Source: an uncultured beta proteobacterium (GTDB lineage: Bacteria; Pseudomonadota; Gammaproteobacteria; Burkholderiales; Casimicrobiaceae). Taken from it: a stretch of DNA of 64,000 nucleotides. A program made the position numbers and the translations under genes. The stretch is from contig CAVTFT010000015.1 of NCBI GenBank assembly GCA_963734085.1, forward strand, positions 69,912 through 133,911, read 5' to 3'. The notes beneath the pieces were generated by a model. That model did no database searches and had not been told where the DNA came from. It worked only from the letters and a program-made list of their open reading frames with translations. This document shows, piece after piece, positions 14,019 through 23,985 of this stretch (position 1 is the stretch's first letter; each line of letters opens with the position of its first letter).

Positions 14019-14655
14019 TCCGCGCGGGCAACGGCACCTGCCGTGGGTGGCGACGGCAGCGCTGGCGGCGCTGCTGGTCGGCGTCGTCGGCGCAGCCGAC
14101 GCGTCGGGCCTCGATCAGCTCAAATTGTTTCTTTCCGGCGCGAAGACCGGCAAGGCAACCTTCCGCCAGGTCGTCACGAGCCAGCGCGGCACGACGGAAA
14201 CGACCGGCACGTTCACGTTCCAGCGGCCGGGCAAGTTCCGCTGGGTCTACGAAAAACCGTACGAACAGCTGATCGTTGGCGATGGCGACAAGCTGTGGAT
14301 CTACGACCGTGATCTCAATCAGGTGATCGTGCGCAAGCTCGATGGCGCGCTCGGCTCGAGTCCCGCTGCGCTGCTCTCCGGGGACAATGCGCTGGAGCGC
14401 AACTTCGAGCTCACCGCCGCCGTCGGCGGCGTCGACGGCCTCGAATGGGTCGATGCGAAGCCCAAGGCCGCCGACACCGGATTCGAACGCGTCCGCCTCG
14501 GGTTCAAGGACAACCTGCCGCGCGTAATGGAGTTGAAGGACACGTTCGGCAACGTGACGCGGCTCGAGTTCGGAACGTTTGAGCGCAACGCGACGCTCGA
14601 TGCCGGCCAGTTCAAGTTCGTGCCGCCGAAGGGCGCGGACGTGGTCGGAGAGTGA
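14008..14655 (+). CDS. lolA: outer-membrane lipoprotein carrier protein LolA
   Basis: 215 aa with a signal peptide, then FRQVV...[40 protein letters not shown]. Sits in the canonical position after ftsK. Confidence 0.85.
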
Positions 14656-14748
14656 CCTGTTCGCACCCTCATTTCCGTCGGAAACCCATGGAGCGCGATC
14701 CGCTGGGTTTGGTATCCGCGGCGGAGCCGTCCGGGCGCGCAAGCAAGA

Positions 14749-14772
14749 GCCCCGCACAGGCGGGGCGTTCTT
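14749..14772. terminator. bidirectional stem-loop terminator between convergent lolA and the PEP-CTERM gene
   Basis: GCCCCGC-ACAG-GCGGGGC perfect 7-bp GC stem. It is followed by GTTCTTG on the + strand and TCTTGCTT on the - strand. Confidence 0.55.
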
Positions 14773-14786
14773 GAAGCGGATCCTGA

Positions 14787-15299
14787 TCAGTGCTTGCGTC
14801 GAAGCGAGGCTGCAAGACCCGCGAGACCGAGGCCGAGAAGAGCGAGGCTGCCGGGTTCCGGCGCATTTGCGGCTGGACTGATTGAGTAAGAAACGCTCAA
14901 CATGCCGCCGGACGCAAAGGTGACCGTGGTGGCGCACGGCAACCCGCTACAAGTGTTTAGCTGGAGAATGGCTCCCGGACTTGTAGAAGAGCTGTATGCC
15001 GTACCGGTGATACCTGTGACGCCGCTTATCAGGCCATCATGGGCCGCAAATTGTTCACCGCCATTGAAAAATGTATCGAAGAGTATTCCTGCTACCGTAG
15101 CCTGGAACGAATCTACGGCCCCTGCCGGACTGAAATAGACCCCTGACGCGGGAATACCGGCCAATAGCGAGTCATCGATCGTAAAGGTTCCTGATCCGTC
15201 CGCACCAAAATCGATATCAAAAAGCACTGGTGTGGCATGGGCAGTTACTGACCCGATTAGCATAATGGCAACAAGAATCGTCATTAGCCTGATCTTCAT
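14787..15299 (-). CDS. PEP-CTERM sorting-signal secreted protein
   Basis: 170 aa with an N-terminal signal peptide (MKIRLMTILVAIMLIGSVTAHA). C-terminus is PEPGSLALLGLGLAGLAASLRRKH, i.e. PEP motif, TM helix and basic tail. Visibly lower GC than the flanks. Confidence 0.75.
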   Translation of the reverse strand: MKIRLMTILVAIMLIGSVTAHATPVLFDIDFGADGSGTFTIDDSLLAGIPASGVYFSPAGAVDSFQATVAGILFDTFFNGGEQFAAHDGLISGVTGITGTAYSSSTSPGAILQLNTCSGLPCATTVTFASGGMLSVSYSISPAANAPEPGSLALLGLGLAGLAASLRRKH

Positions 15300-15491
15300 A
15301 CATCACCCCACTCCGACGAATAGCCGCCGCTAAAAGAAGCTTATCGCGTGCCAGGCCATGTAAATCAATGACATAGACAGCCTTGCGCGTTTGCGTGCAA
15401 TCCGATTGTAAGATTATTCGACGTCCAAAGAGGACGGAGAAGCAAAGGAAGCGCCCGCCGGCAGCCGAAGCGCACCGCGCAGAAGGCCGCG

Positions 15492-16472
15492 TCAGGGCAG
15501 CGGAATGCCCTTGTCCGCCATCACCTTGCGCGCGCGGTCCGGATAATCGGTGATGAGCCCGTCGACGTTGATGTCGATCAGGCGCGCCATGTCGGCGGGG
15601 TCGTTGATGGTCCAGGGCAGCACGCGCACGCCCAACGCATGGGATTCCGACACATCGGCGAGCGTCACGTTGCGAAAGTAAGGTGACCAGGTGCTGCAGC
15701 CGGCCGCCTTGACGAGCCGCGGCAGCGAGCCGTCGTAGGCATTGAGATCGAGGCCGGCGTGCCAGGGCGAGGGCCGGCCCGATCGGCGCTGCACGGTGTC
15801 GTCGTTCGGCGATTCGATCGTAAGACAGACGGTCTCGATCACCGGCGCGAGCTTTTTCGCCTCGATGAGCGTGCGCCAGTCGAACGACTGGATCGTTACT
15901 TCGCCTTCGAGCCCGGCGCTGCGGATCGCCTCGACGGTGAGCCGCGCGAATGTCGCAGCATCCACCATCTCCCCGGCATTATCGGGCGTGATCTTGGTCT
16001 CGACATTGAGGCGCGAAGGCCGGCTGCGGGCCTTCACGAGCGCAAATACTTGCGCGAGCGTGGGGAAGCGCTGGCCGTCCTCGGCCCGCTGTTCGGGAAA
16101 CTGTTTCGCGTAGCGGCTGTCAGGATTGAGTCGGCCGATGTCGTAGCGTTGCAATTCGGCGAGCGTCAGCGCGTGGATCGGCGGCCCTTTCGCGGTCAGC
16201 CATCGGCCTTGCTCATCGCGAGCGAGATCGGGATTGAGATAGGGATCGTGCGAGATGACAAGGATGTTGTCCTTCGTCACGGCGAGGTCGGTTTCGAGCG
16301 TGGTCACGCCGATCGACAGCGCGAGCGAGAATGCCGCGAGCGTGTTTTCCGGCCGCAGCCCGCGCGCGCCCCGATGCCCCTGGAGGTCGAACGCACACGC
16401 GGGCAGCGTCGCCGCGAGCGTCGAGGCAGCGATGATCGCCCGGATCAGTGCTGCACCGCCGCCCCGCCTCAT
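15492..16472 (-). CDS. glycerophosphodiester phosphodiesterase family protein (exported)
   Basis: 326 aa with a signal peptide, then FDLQGHRGARGLRPENTLAAF...LETDLAVTKD...ISHD, the GDPD motifs. Confidence 0.85.
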   Translation of the reverse strand: MRRGGGAALIRAIIAASTLAATLPACAFDLQGHRGARGLRPENTLAAFSLALSIGVTTLETDLAVTKDNILVISHDPYLNPDLARDEQGRWLTAKGPPIHALTLAELQRYDIGRLNPDSRYAKQFPEQRAEDGQRFPTLAQVFALVKARSRPSRLNVETKITPDNAGEMVDAATFARLTVEAIRSAGLEGEVTIQSFDWRTLIEAKKLAPVIETVCLTIESPNDDTVQRRSGRPSPWHAGLDLNAYDGSLPRLVKAAGCSTWSPYFRNVTLADVSESHALGVRVLPWTINDPADMARLIDINVDGLITDYPDRARKVMADKGIPLP

Positions 16473-17497
16473 TGCGCAAGAACGCTACGGACGCGCGGAT
16501 GGTCGAGCACCGTCCGATCGACGACGAACTCCGGCACGCGGCCCGCGAGCACGTCGACGATGCTTTGCAAACCCGTCGCCGCCATGTTGTGAAAGCACTC
16601 GTCGGTCCAGCACAGCGAGTGCGGCGTCAGGATGACGTCGTCCATCATGAGCAGCGGATTGTCGGGCGCGATCGGTTCCTGCTCGAATACGTCGAGCGCC
16701 GCGCCGGCAATGCGATGTTCACGCAGTGCCTCGATCAACGCTGCTTCGTCGACGATCGGTCCCCGCGCGACATTGATGAAATAGGCGCAGGGCTTCATCT
16801 GCGCGAGCTCGCGCGCGCCGATGAGGTGACGCGTCTCGTCGTTCAGGAGGCAGCAGACGACGACGAAGTCGGCGGCCGAGAGCAATGCATCGAGGCCGAC
16901 CCTGCGCGCCCCGAGGTAGCGGAGCTCGATCTCGTTGACGTACGGATCGGCGGCGAGCAATTGCAGGTCGAAGCTGCGCGCCATCCGCAGGAGTTCCTTG
17001 CCGATGCGGCCGGCGCCAACCACGCCCAGCGTGCGGCCGGTGAGTCCGACGCCCATGTGCTCCATCCGCTCGTTCCAGCGGCCCGTGCGCGTGAGCCGAT
17101 CCTTGCGCAAGAGCTTGCCGGCGAGCGCCAGCACGAACGTCAACGCGATCGTGGCCACGGGCCGCGGCATCGAGGAAGGCGTGTGCGTCACGATCACGCC
17201 GGCCCTCGTCATTGCCGCAACGTCGACGGAGTCGTAGCCGACACCGTGACGTGCGACCACGCGCAGGCGGCAGTCGGGACGGATGACCGCGATGGCCGGA
17301 ACCCGGGGGATGTTGACGTAGACGGCGTCGTAGTGCGCCGCGTGATGGGCGTTGATCTCGGACACGACTTCGGGGAGATATTCCCATTCGATGTCCGCTG
17401 CAGCATCGAGGATCGCGAGCGCCTTCTTGCCGAACGCCGGTTCCCCGCGCGAATCGAGGATGTCGCGCGTCAGCCCGACGCGGAATTTCCGGGCCAC
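16469..17497 (-). CDS. D-isomer-specific 2-hydroxyacid dehydrogenase
   Basis: 342 aa with NAD fold GRTLGVVGAGRIGKEL and ...NVARGPIVDEAAL...LTPH. 4-nt overlap with the downstream GDPD gene. Confidence 0.85.
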   Translation of the reverse strand: MARKFRVGLTRDILDSRGEPAFGKKALAILDAAADIEWEYLPEVVSEINAHHAAHYDAVYVNIPRVPAIAVIRPDCRLRVVARHGVGYDSVDVAAMTRAGVIVTHTPSSMPRPVATIALTFVLALAGKLLRKDRLTRTGRWNERMEHMGVGLTGRTLGVVGAGRIGKELLRMARSFDLQLLAADPYVNEIELRYLGARRVGLDALLSAADFVVVCCLLNDETRHLIGARELAQMKPCAYFINVARGPIVDEAALIEALREHRIAGAALDVFEQEPIAPDNPLLMMDDVILTPHSLCWTDECFHNMAATGLQSIVDVLAGRVPEFVVDRTVLDHPRVRSVLAQ

Positions 17498-17503
17498 GTC
17501 TGA

Positions 17504-18292
17504 TCAGTCCTTTGCGTTGCGGGCGTCGCGCAACACGCCGAGCCCGTGTGCGAGCGCGCTCTGGAACAGCAGCTGATCGATGCCGTAAGCGAGCAGGCGG
17601 AAGCCCTTTGCCGCGTAGTCGCGCGCCCAGCTGTCGTCGGGCACGAGGAACGCCGGCGCCTTGCCGTGAGTGTTGCACGCGGCGAGGACGCGGTCGATGG
17701 CGGCGAGAAACGCGGGGTGCGTGAAGCGGCCGGGAATCCCGAGGAAGTTGGTCAGGTCGGACTGCCCGATCCACAGCGCATCGACGCCTGGAACCGCGGC
17801 GATTGCGTCGACGTTGGCGAGCCCTTCGTCGGTCTCGATCTGCGCAATCACCATCGTTCGGGCATTGAGCGCGGCGATCTTGCTCTCGACGTCGCCGCCT
17901 TCGTAGTCGTCGTGAGCGAAGCCGAACGCCGCGCCGCGCCGCCCCGCAGGCGGATAGCGCGTGCAGGCGACGATATGCCTCGCCTCTTCCGCCGTTCCGA
18001 CCATCGGCGCCATCACGCCGAATACGCCCACGTCGAGGGCACGCGCGATAAAAGGGTATTCGCCACGCGGCACCCGCGCGAACGGGACGATGCTCAAGCC
18101 GCGGCAGAGCGCGACCTGGTTTTTCAGCGTTTCGAAGCCGAGCCCCGTGTGCTCCATGTCGAACAGGACGAACTCGGCGCCGGCATTGCGGCACAGCTGC
18201 GGCATGCCCGGCGAAAAGAACTCGAAGATCATCGTGCCGAACGACGAACCGCCGGCGGCGAGCGCCGCTTTGACCGGGTTGTCGCGGATCAC
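17504..18292 (-). CDS. HpcH/HpaI-family aldolase
   Basis: 262 aa: FGTMIFEFFSPGMPQLCRNAGAEFVLFDMEH...ARVP...MAPMV...IAQIET, typical class II 2-keto-3-deoxy-acid aldolase. Confidence 0.85.
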   Translation of the reverse strand: MIRDNPVKAALAAGGSSFGTMIFEFFSPGMPQLCRNAGAEFVLFDMEHTGLGFETLKNQVALCRGLSIVPFARVPRGEYPFIARALDVGVFGVMAPMVGTAEEARHIVACTRYPPAGRRGAAFGFAHDDYEGGDVESKIAALNARTMVIAQIETDEGLANVDAIAAVPGVDALWIGQSDLTNFLGIPGRFTHPAFLAAIDRVLAACNTHGKAPAFLVPDDSWARDYAAKGFRLLAYGIDQLLFQSALAHGLGVLRDARNAKD

Positions 18293-19008
18293 GCCGAGCC
18301 TTTGTTCAGCAACTCAACGTAAGACCGGATTCGCACGGCGTTGGCACCGAGGTCGCCCTGGCCGACCCGCGATACCGAGCGGATGTCGAGTCGGCTGCCG
18401 CCCGGTTCCGGCGTGATGCGGATCACGACGTCGTCCTTGAAGCCGAACCACGGCGTCGTTGCGGTCGCTTCGATCCGGCCCGCGACGGGATCGGCGGCTA
18501 CGATGGCCCACCCCATCCGCTTCGCGGTATCGAGCGCTCTCGCGAACGCGGTGGGCGGCCACGCCTCGACTTCCACCGGCTTGATGTCCGGATAGGCTGC
18601 ATGCTGTTGCGTTGCGAACGCATCGCCGGGATACGCCGTTGGAACCCGCGAGCCCGCGCGCAACGGGGCGATCGCCACGAACGTCGGGGGATCGGCGGTA
18701 TCGGTCGTGATGTCGTTGATCGGCGGCAGCGAGATCCCTTTCTGGAACCACCAGGCGGGAACGGCGCCGGCCACGAGCCCGATCACCAGCGCCGCGGCGA
18801 GGCTCGCGACGCGGTTCGTGCGCCATTTGGGGACCACGAGCGCGACCAACGCAAGCGCGGCGAGCGCAAAGCTCGCATAGACGCCCCAGCGAAGCACTCC
18901 GAAACCGACGCCGAACGTCCAGACGCCGAAACGTGCACCGAACCCGGACGCGACGACCGCCGCCGCGGCGACGATTGCGAGCACCAACAGCGTTCTTGCA
19001 ACGGCCAT
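18289..19008 (-). CDS. DUF1499-like membrane/periplasmic protein
   Basis: The internal ATG at 19008 gives 239 aa. There are three N-terminal TM helices, then TPWFGFKDDVVIRITPEPGGSRLDIRSVSRVGQGDLGANAVRIRSY, which I recall as DUF1499. 4-nt overlap with the aldolase gene. Confidence 0.7.
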   Translation of the reverse strand: MAVARTLLVLAIVAAAAVVASGFGARFGVWTFGVGFGVLRWGVYASFALAALALVALVVPKWRTNRVASLAAALVIGLVAGAVPAWWFQKGISLPPINDITTDTADPPTFVAIAPLRAGSRVPTAYPGDAFATQQHAAYPDIKPVEVEAWPPTAFARALDTAKRMGWAIVAADPVAGRIEATATTPWFGFKDDVVIRITPEPGGSRLDIRSVSRVGQGDLGANAVRIRSYVELLNKGSA

Positions 19009-19051
19009 GCATGCCTCGGGAAATGTTGGATAATTCGACGGCAGGCGTCCA

Positions 19052-20434
19052 ATGTACGCCGCGTCGTTTCGGCGGGTCAACGCAGGACCCGCCACCGGGC
19101 GGCAAAGTTCCATTCCCTTGACCGATCTTTTCGCCACCGCCAATCCGGCCGCGCCGCTGGCCGACCGCCTGCGCCCGAAGACGATCGACGAAGTGATCGG
19201 GCAGCGGCACCTGCTCGCGCCGGGGAAGCCGCTCGCCGTCGCGTTCGCATCGGGCAAGCCGCACTCGATGATCCTTTGGGGACCGCCCGGCTCCGGCAAG
19301 ACGACGATCGCGCGGCTGATGGCCGACGCGTTCAACGCCGAGTTCACCGCGCGCTCCGCCGTGCTGTCGGGTGTGAAGGACATCCGCGATGCGATCGCGC
19401 GCGCCGAAGCGATCCTCGCGCAATCCGGACGGCACACGATTCTGTTCGTCGACGAGGTGCACCGCTTCAACAAGGCGCAGCAGGACGCGTTCCTGCCGTT
19501 CGTCGAGCAGGGACTCGTGACCTTCATCGGCGCGACGACCGAAAATCCATCCTTCGAGGTCAACGGCGCGCTGCTGTCGCGTGCGGCCGTGTATGTGCTG
19601 GAGCCGCTGTCGCCGGACGAGCTCGGGCGGCTGGTCGATCGCGCGCTCGCCGCCGGCGCGCCGGGACTCACCCTCGAACCCGCGGCGCGCGAAGCGCTGA
19701 TCGGCTATGCGGATGGCGACGGCCGCCGCGTCATCAATCTGGTCGAGTATGTGGCGACCGCGGCGGGCGAGGGGCGCAAGGCGCCGATCGACGTCGCGTT
19801 CGTCGAAGCAACGATCGCGAGGAGCCTGCGCCGCTTCGACAAGGGCGGCGAGGCCTTCTACGACCAGATCTCCGCATTGCACAAAGCGGTGCGCGGGTCC
19901 CATCCCGACGCGGCGCTCTACTGGATGTGCCGGATGCTCGACGGAGGCGCCGACCCGCTCTACGTCGGCCGCCGGATGATCCGGATGGCCTCCGAGGACA
20001 TCGGCCTCGCCGATCCGCGCGCGCTCTCGCTCGCTCTCGCCGCCGTCGAGACCTACGAACGACTCGGCACACCCGAGGGCGAGCTCGCGCTGGCCGAAGC
20101 CGTTCTCTATCTCGCGTGCGCGCCGAAATCGAATGCGGTCTACGCGGCCTATGGCGCCGCCCGCGCCTTCATCGCTGGTGACGGCTCCCGCCCGGTGCCG
20201 CTGCGGCTGCGCAACGCGCCGACCAAGCTCATGAAGGAGCTCGATTACGGCAAGGGCTATCGCTACGCGCACGACGAGGAGGGCGCGTACGCCGCGGGAG
20301 AGCGCTATCTTCCGGACGGCGTGCCCGAGATCAACTGGTACGAGCCGACCGATCGCGGACTCGAGGCGAAGATTCGGGACAAGCTGCGCGAGCTTCGCGC
20401 CAGGGATCATCAAGCGCGCGACGAGAAATCGTGA
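19052..20434 (+). CDS. rarA: replication-associated recombination protein A
   Basis: 460 aa: LADRLRPKTIDEVIGQRHLL...ILWGPPGSGKTT...FVDEVHRFNKAQQD...YDQISALHKAVRGS. The start is uncertain. ATG 19052 lies only 43 nt from the divergent gene, so a downstream alternative start is possible. Confidence 0.9.
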   Translation: MYAASFRRVNAGPATGRQSSIPLTDLFATANPAAPLADRLRPKTIDEVIGQRHLLAPGKPLAVAFASGKPHSMILWGPPGSGKTTIARLMADAFNAEFTARSAVLSGVKDIRDAIARAEAILAQSGRHTILFVDEVHRFNKAQQDAFLPFVEQGLVTFIGATTENPSFEVNGALLSRAAVYVLEPLSPDELGRLVDRALAAGAPGLTLEPAAREALIGYADGDGRRVINLVEYVATAAGEGRKAPIDVAFVEATIARSLRRFDKGGEAFYDQISALHKAVRGSHPDAALYWMCRMLDGGADPLYVGRRMIRMASEDIGLADPRALSLALAAVETYERLGTPEGELALAEAVLYLACAPKSNAVYAAYGAARAFIAGDGSRPVPLRLRNAPTKLMKELDYGKGYRYAHDEEGAYAAGERYLPDGVPEINWYEPTDRGLEAKIRDKLRELRARDHQARDEKS

Positions 20435-20451
20435 CTGCACTCGTTTGCTAG

Positions 20452-21759
<1,308 letters not shown>

Positions 21760-21765
21760 GCTTTT

Positions 21766-21840
21766 CGTCGTCCCCGCGGAGGCGGGGACCCAGCGACGTT
21801 CGTACATGAGACCCTGGATTCCCGCGTTCGCGGGAATGAC
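21766..21840. repeat. pair of REP-like palindromes in the serS 3' intergenic region
   Basis: Hairpin 1 at 21770-21789: GTCCCCGC-GGAG-GCGGGGAC. Hairpin 2 at 21818-21837: ATTCCCGC-GTTC-GCGGGAAT. A degenerate copy lies at 32648-32730. They probably also terminate the convergent genes. Confidence 0.55.
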
Positions 21841-21846
21841 GGTATT

Positions 21847-23094
21847 TCAGCGCGTGTTGCCCGTATGTCCGAGCGAATAGCGCCCGGGTAGCGGCCACAC
21901 GGCGAGCCCATGTGGCTCCCTGCCGACCGGGAGCTGCCTGACGTCGCCCGTCGCGGTATCGAAGACGTAGACGACGTTGTCGAAGCGACCCGAAAGCCAC
22001 AGCCACTTGCCGTCGGCGCTGACGTTGCCCATGTCGGGGCTGCCGCCGCCGGGGATCGGCCACGTCGCGTCGACCTGACGCGTCGCGAAGTCGATCACCG
22101 AAACGCTGCCCTTGCCCTTGGGCGTCCCGTGGATCTTGTTCGAGCCGCGGTTGGCGACGTAGAGCTTCTTCCCGTCGCGGCTGGGATAGAGGCCGTGCGT
22201 ACCCTTGCCCGTCGGAATGAAGCCGATCTGGCGAAAGCTCTCGCCGGCGACGACGAAGACGCCGTCGGACATCATGTCGGCGACGAAATACACGCTGCCG
22301 TCGGGCGAGACGCGGATGTCCTGCGGCATCCCCTTCCATGTCGTGCAGATGGTCTCGTCACGGCCGTCGATCCCCTTGGCGATCTGCGTGGGCACGCCCG
22401 GCTTGATCAACTGGACGTAACCCAGGACCTTGCGGTTCACGAGATCGATCTTGGCGACCGTTCCGGTGAACTCGCAGGTGAAGATCGCGAAGCGTCCGTC
22501 GATCGCGAAATCGGCGTGGTTGATCCCGCCGCACCGCGGCACGTCCAGCGAATACTGGAGCGCCATCGTGACGGGATCGCGGAAATCGAGCCGCTTGTGC
22601 GCCTCGGCAACGACGATCGCCGATTTTCCGTCCGGCGAGAAATACATGTTGTACGGATCGTCGACGGCGATCGGCTTGCCAGGCTGGCCCGTTCGCGGGT
22701 CGATCGGCGTAAGGCTGCCGACCTTCGTGTTCTCGGCGTTGTTCGCGACCCACAGCGTGCGCATGTCCCACGACGGCACCACATGCTGCGGGTTCAGGCC
22801 GACGCGGAATTTGTCGACGACCAGGAACGTATCCGGATCGATCACGTAGACGTCGTTTGATTGCAGGTTCGGCACGTAGACGCGCTTCAAGTCGGCCGCG
22901 ACGTCGGGACGAACCTTGCCGGCGGTCGTTTCGCTGTAGAGGTTCGACGGGTCCGGCACCGCGGGCATTCCCGGCACCGTCGCGACCGCGCGTGCGCCGC
23001 CGGGCGATGCCCCCTGTCCCCAGACGAGCGCGCAGAACGCGAGAGCGCACACAATGGAGAGCGGAAGGGCGGGACTTACGCGTCGGTGCGTCAC
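21847..23094 (-). CDS. exported YVTN/beta-propeller repeat protein
   Basis: 415 aa with a signal peptide. Repeated blades contain ...VYVPN...NDVYVIDPDT..., GLNPQHVVPSWD, LWVANN, DGKKLYVANRGSN, GGSPDMGNVSADGKWLW. Confidence 0.7.
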   Translation of the reverse strand: MTHRRVSPALPLSIVCALAFCALVWGQGASPGGARAVATVPGMPAVPDPSNLYSETTAGKVRPDVAADLKRVYVPNLQSNDVYVIDPDTFLVVDKFRVGLNPQHVVPSWDMRTLWVANNAENTKVGSLTPIDPRTGQPGKPIAVDDPYNMYFSPDGKSAIVVAEAHKRLDFRDPVTMALQYSLDVPRCGGINHADFAIDGRFAIFTCEFTGTVAKIDLVNRKVLGYVQLIKPGVPTQIAKGIDGRDETICTTWKGMPQDIRVSPDGSVYFVADMMSDGVFVVAGESFRQIGFIPTGKGTHGLYPSRDGKKLYVANRGSNKIHGTPKGKGSVSVIDFATRQVDATWPIPGGGSPDMGNVSADGKWLWLSGRFDNVVYVFDTATGDVRQLPVGREPHGLAVWPLPGRYSLGHTGNTR

Positions 23095-23154
23095 GATTGG
23101 TCCTGATGCTGGAGAGATTGCGTTAACGAAGGGTCGAAAGCTGCGGGCCCGGCA

Positions 23155-23961
23155 TCACTGGCGCGCGGTGGCCCTGCGGATCGCCTCGACGGTCCGCGTG
23201 ACGATCGCATCGACGCCCGGCTGCCCGAGCGCGGCCGTGGCGCGACGCGGATCACCATACGTGCCTTCGGTGCGCGACGGCGGCGTGGCTGCCTTGAGCT
23301 TGTCGGTACGCACGAGCGCGGGATCGACGGCGAGCGCGAGCGAAGTGTCGGCGAGGCCGGCGTGCGTGCCGATCTCGTCGTCGCGGTAGCCCTGCGCTTT
23401 CAGCCCCTGGGGATAGATCGTTTCCGTGACCTGGTAATACTCGACGATCGCATGCGCCCGCGCCGATGTGGAAGCCCAGGCTTTGTTGAGCCTTAGCGCG
23501 ACGATCTGCAGGTCCTTTTGATAGCCGCCGTGATCGCCAAGAAACACGACATCGCGAAAGCCCGCGAGCCGGAAGCTTCGCGCTGCCGATTCGAGCAGCT
23601 TCTCGAAGACGTCGTCGGGCACGGTGATGGTCCCGGGGAAACGCATGTGCGCGCTCGGCGGGTCGACGCTGCCCTCGGGCACGTAGGCGATCACGGGGGC
23701 CACCAGCGCGTTGCCGAGCGCCGCGGCGATCCTGTCGGCAAGGATCTTGACGCGCCGGTTGTGCTTGCCCAGCACCATGTGCGCGCCGTTTTGCTCGGTG
23801 CCGCCGATCGGCACGATGATCGTCGTCTTTCCCGAGCGGATCGCGCTTGCGAGCTCGGGCGAAGTGAGCGCCTCGAGCGACACCGTCGGTGGTGCATCGG
23901 CCCGCGCGCCGGAAACGGCAAGCCACAGGCAGGCGAGGAGCAGCAACGTCTTCGAAATCAC
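23155..23961 (-). CDS. creatininase-family amidohydrolase (exported)
   Basis: 268 aa with a signal peptide, then IIVPIGGTEQNGAHMVLGKH...FLGDHGGY...GTHAGLADTS, the creatininase-fold metal ligands. Confidence 0.8.
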   Translation of the reverse strand: MISKTLLLLACLWLAVSGARADAPPTVSLEALTSPELASAIRSGKTTIIVPIGGTEQNGAHMVLGKHNRRVKILADRIAAALGNALVAPVIAYVPEGSVDPPSAHMRFPGTITVPDDVFEKLLESAARSFRLAGFRDVVFLGDHGGYQKDLQIVALRLNKAWASTSARAHAIVEYYQVTETIYPQGLKAQGYRDDEIGTHAGLADTSLALAVDPALVRTDKLKAATPPSRTEGTYGDPRRATAALGQPGVDAIVTRTVEAIRRATARQ

Positions 23962-23985
23962 CCCGCCATTCTACCGCGGCCCCGA

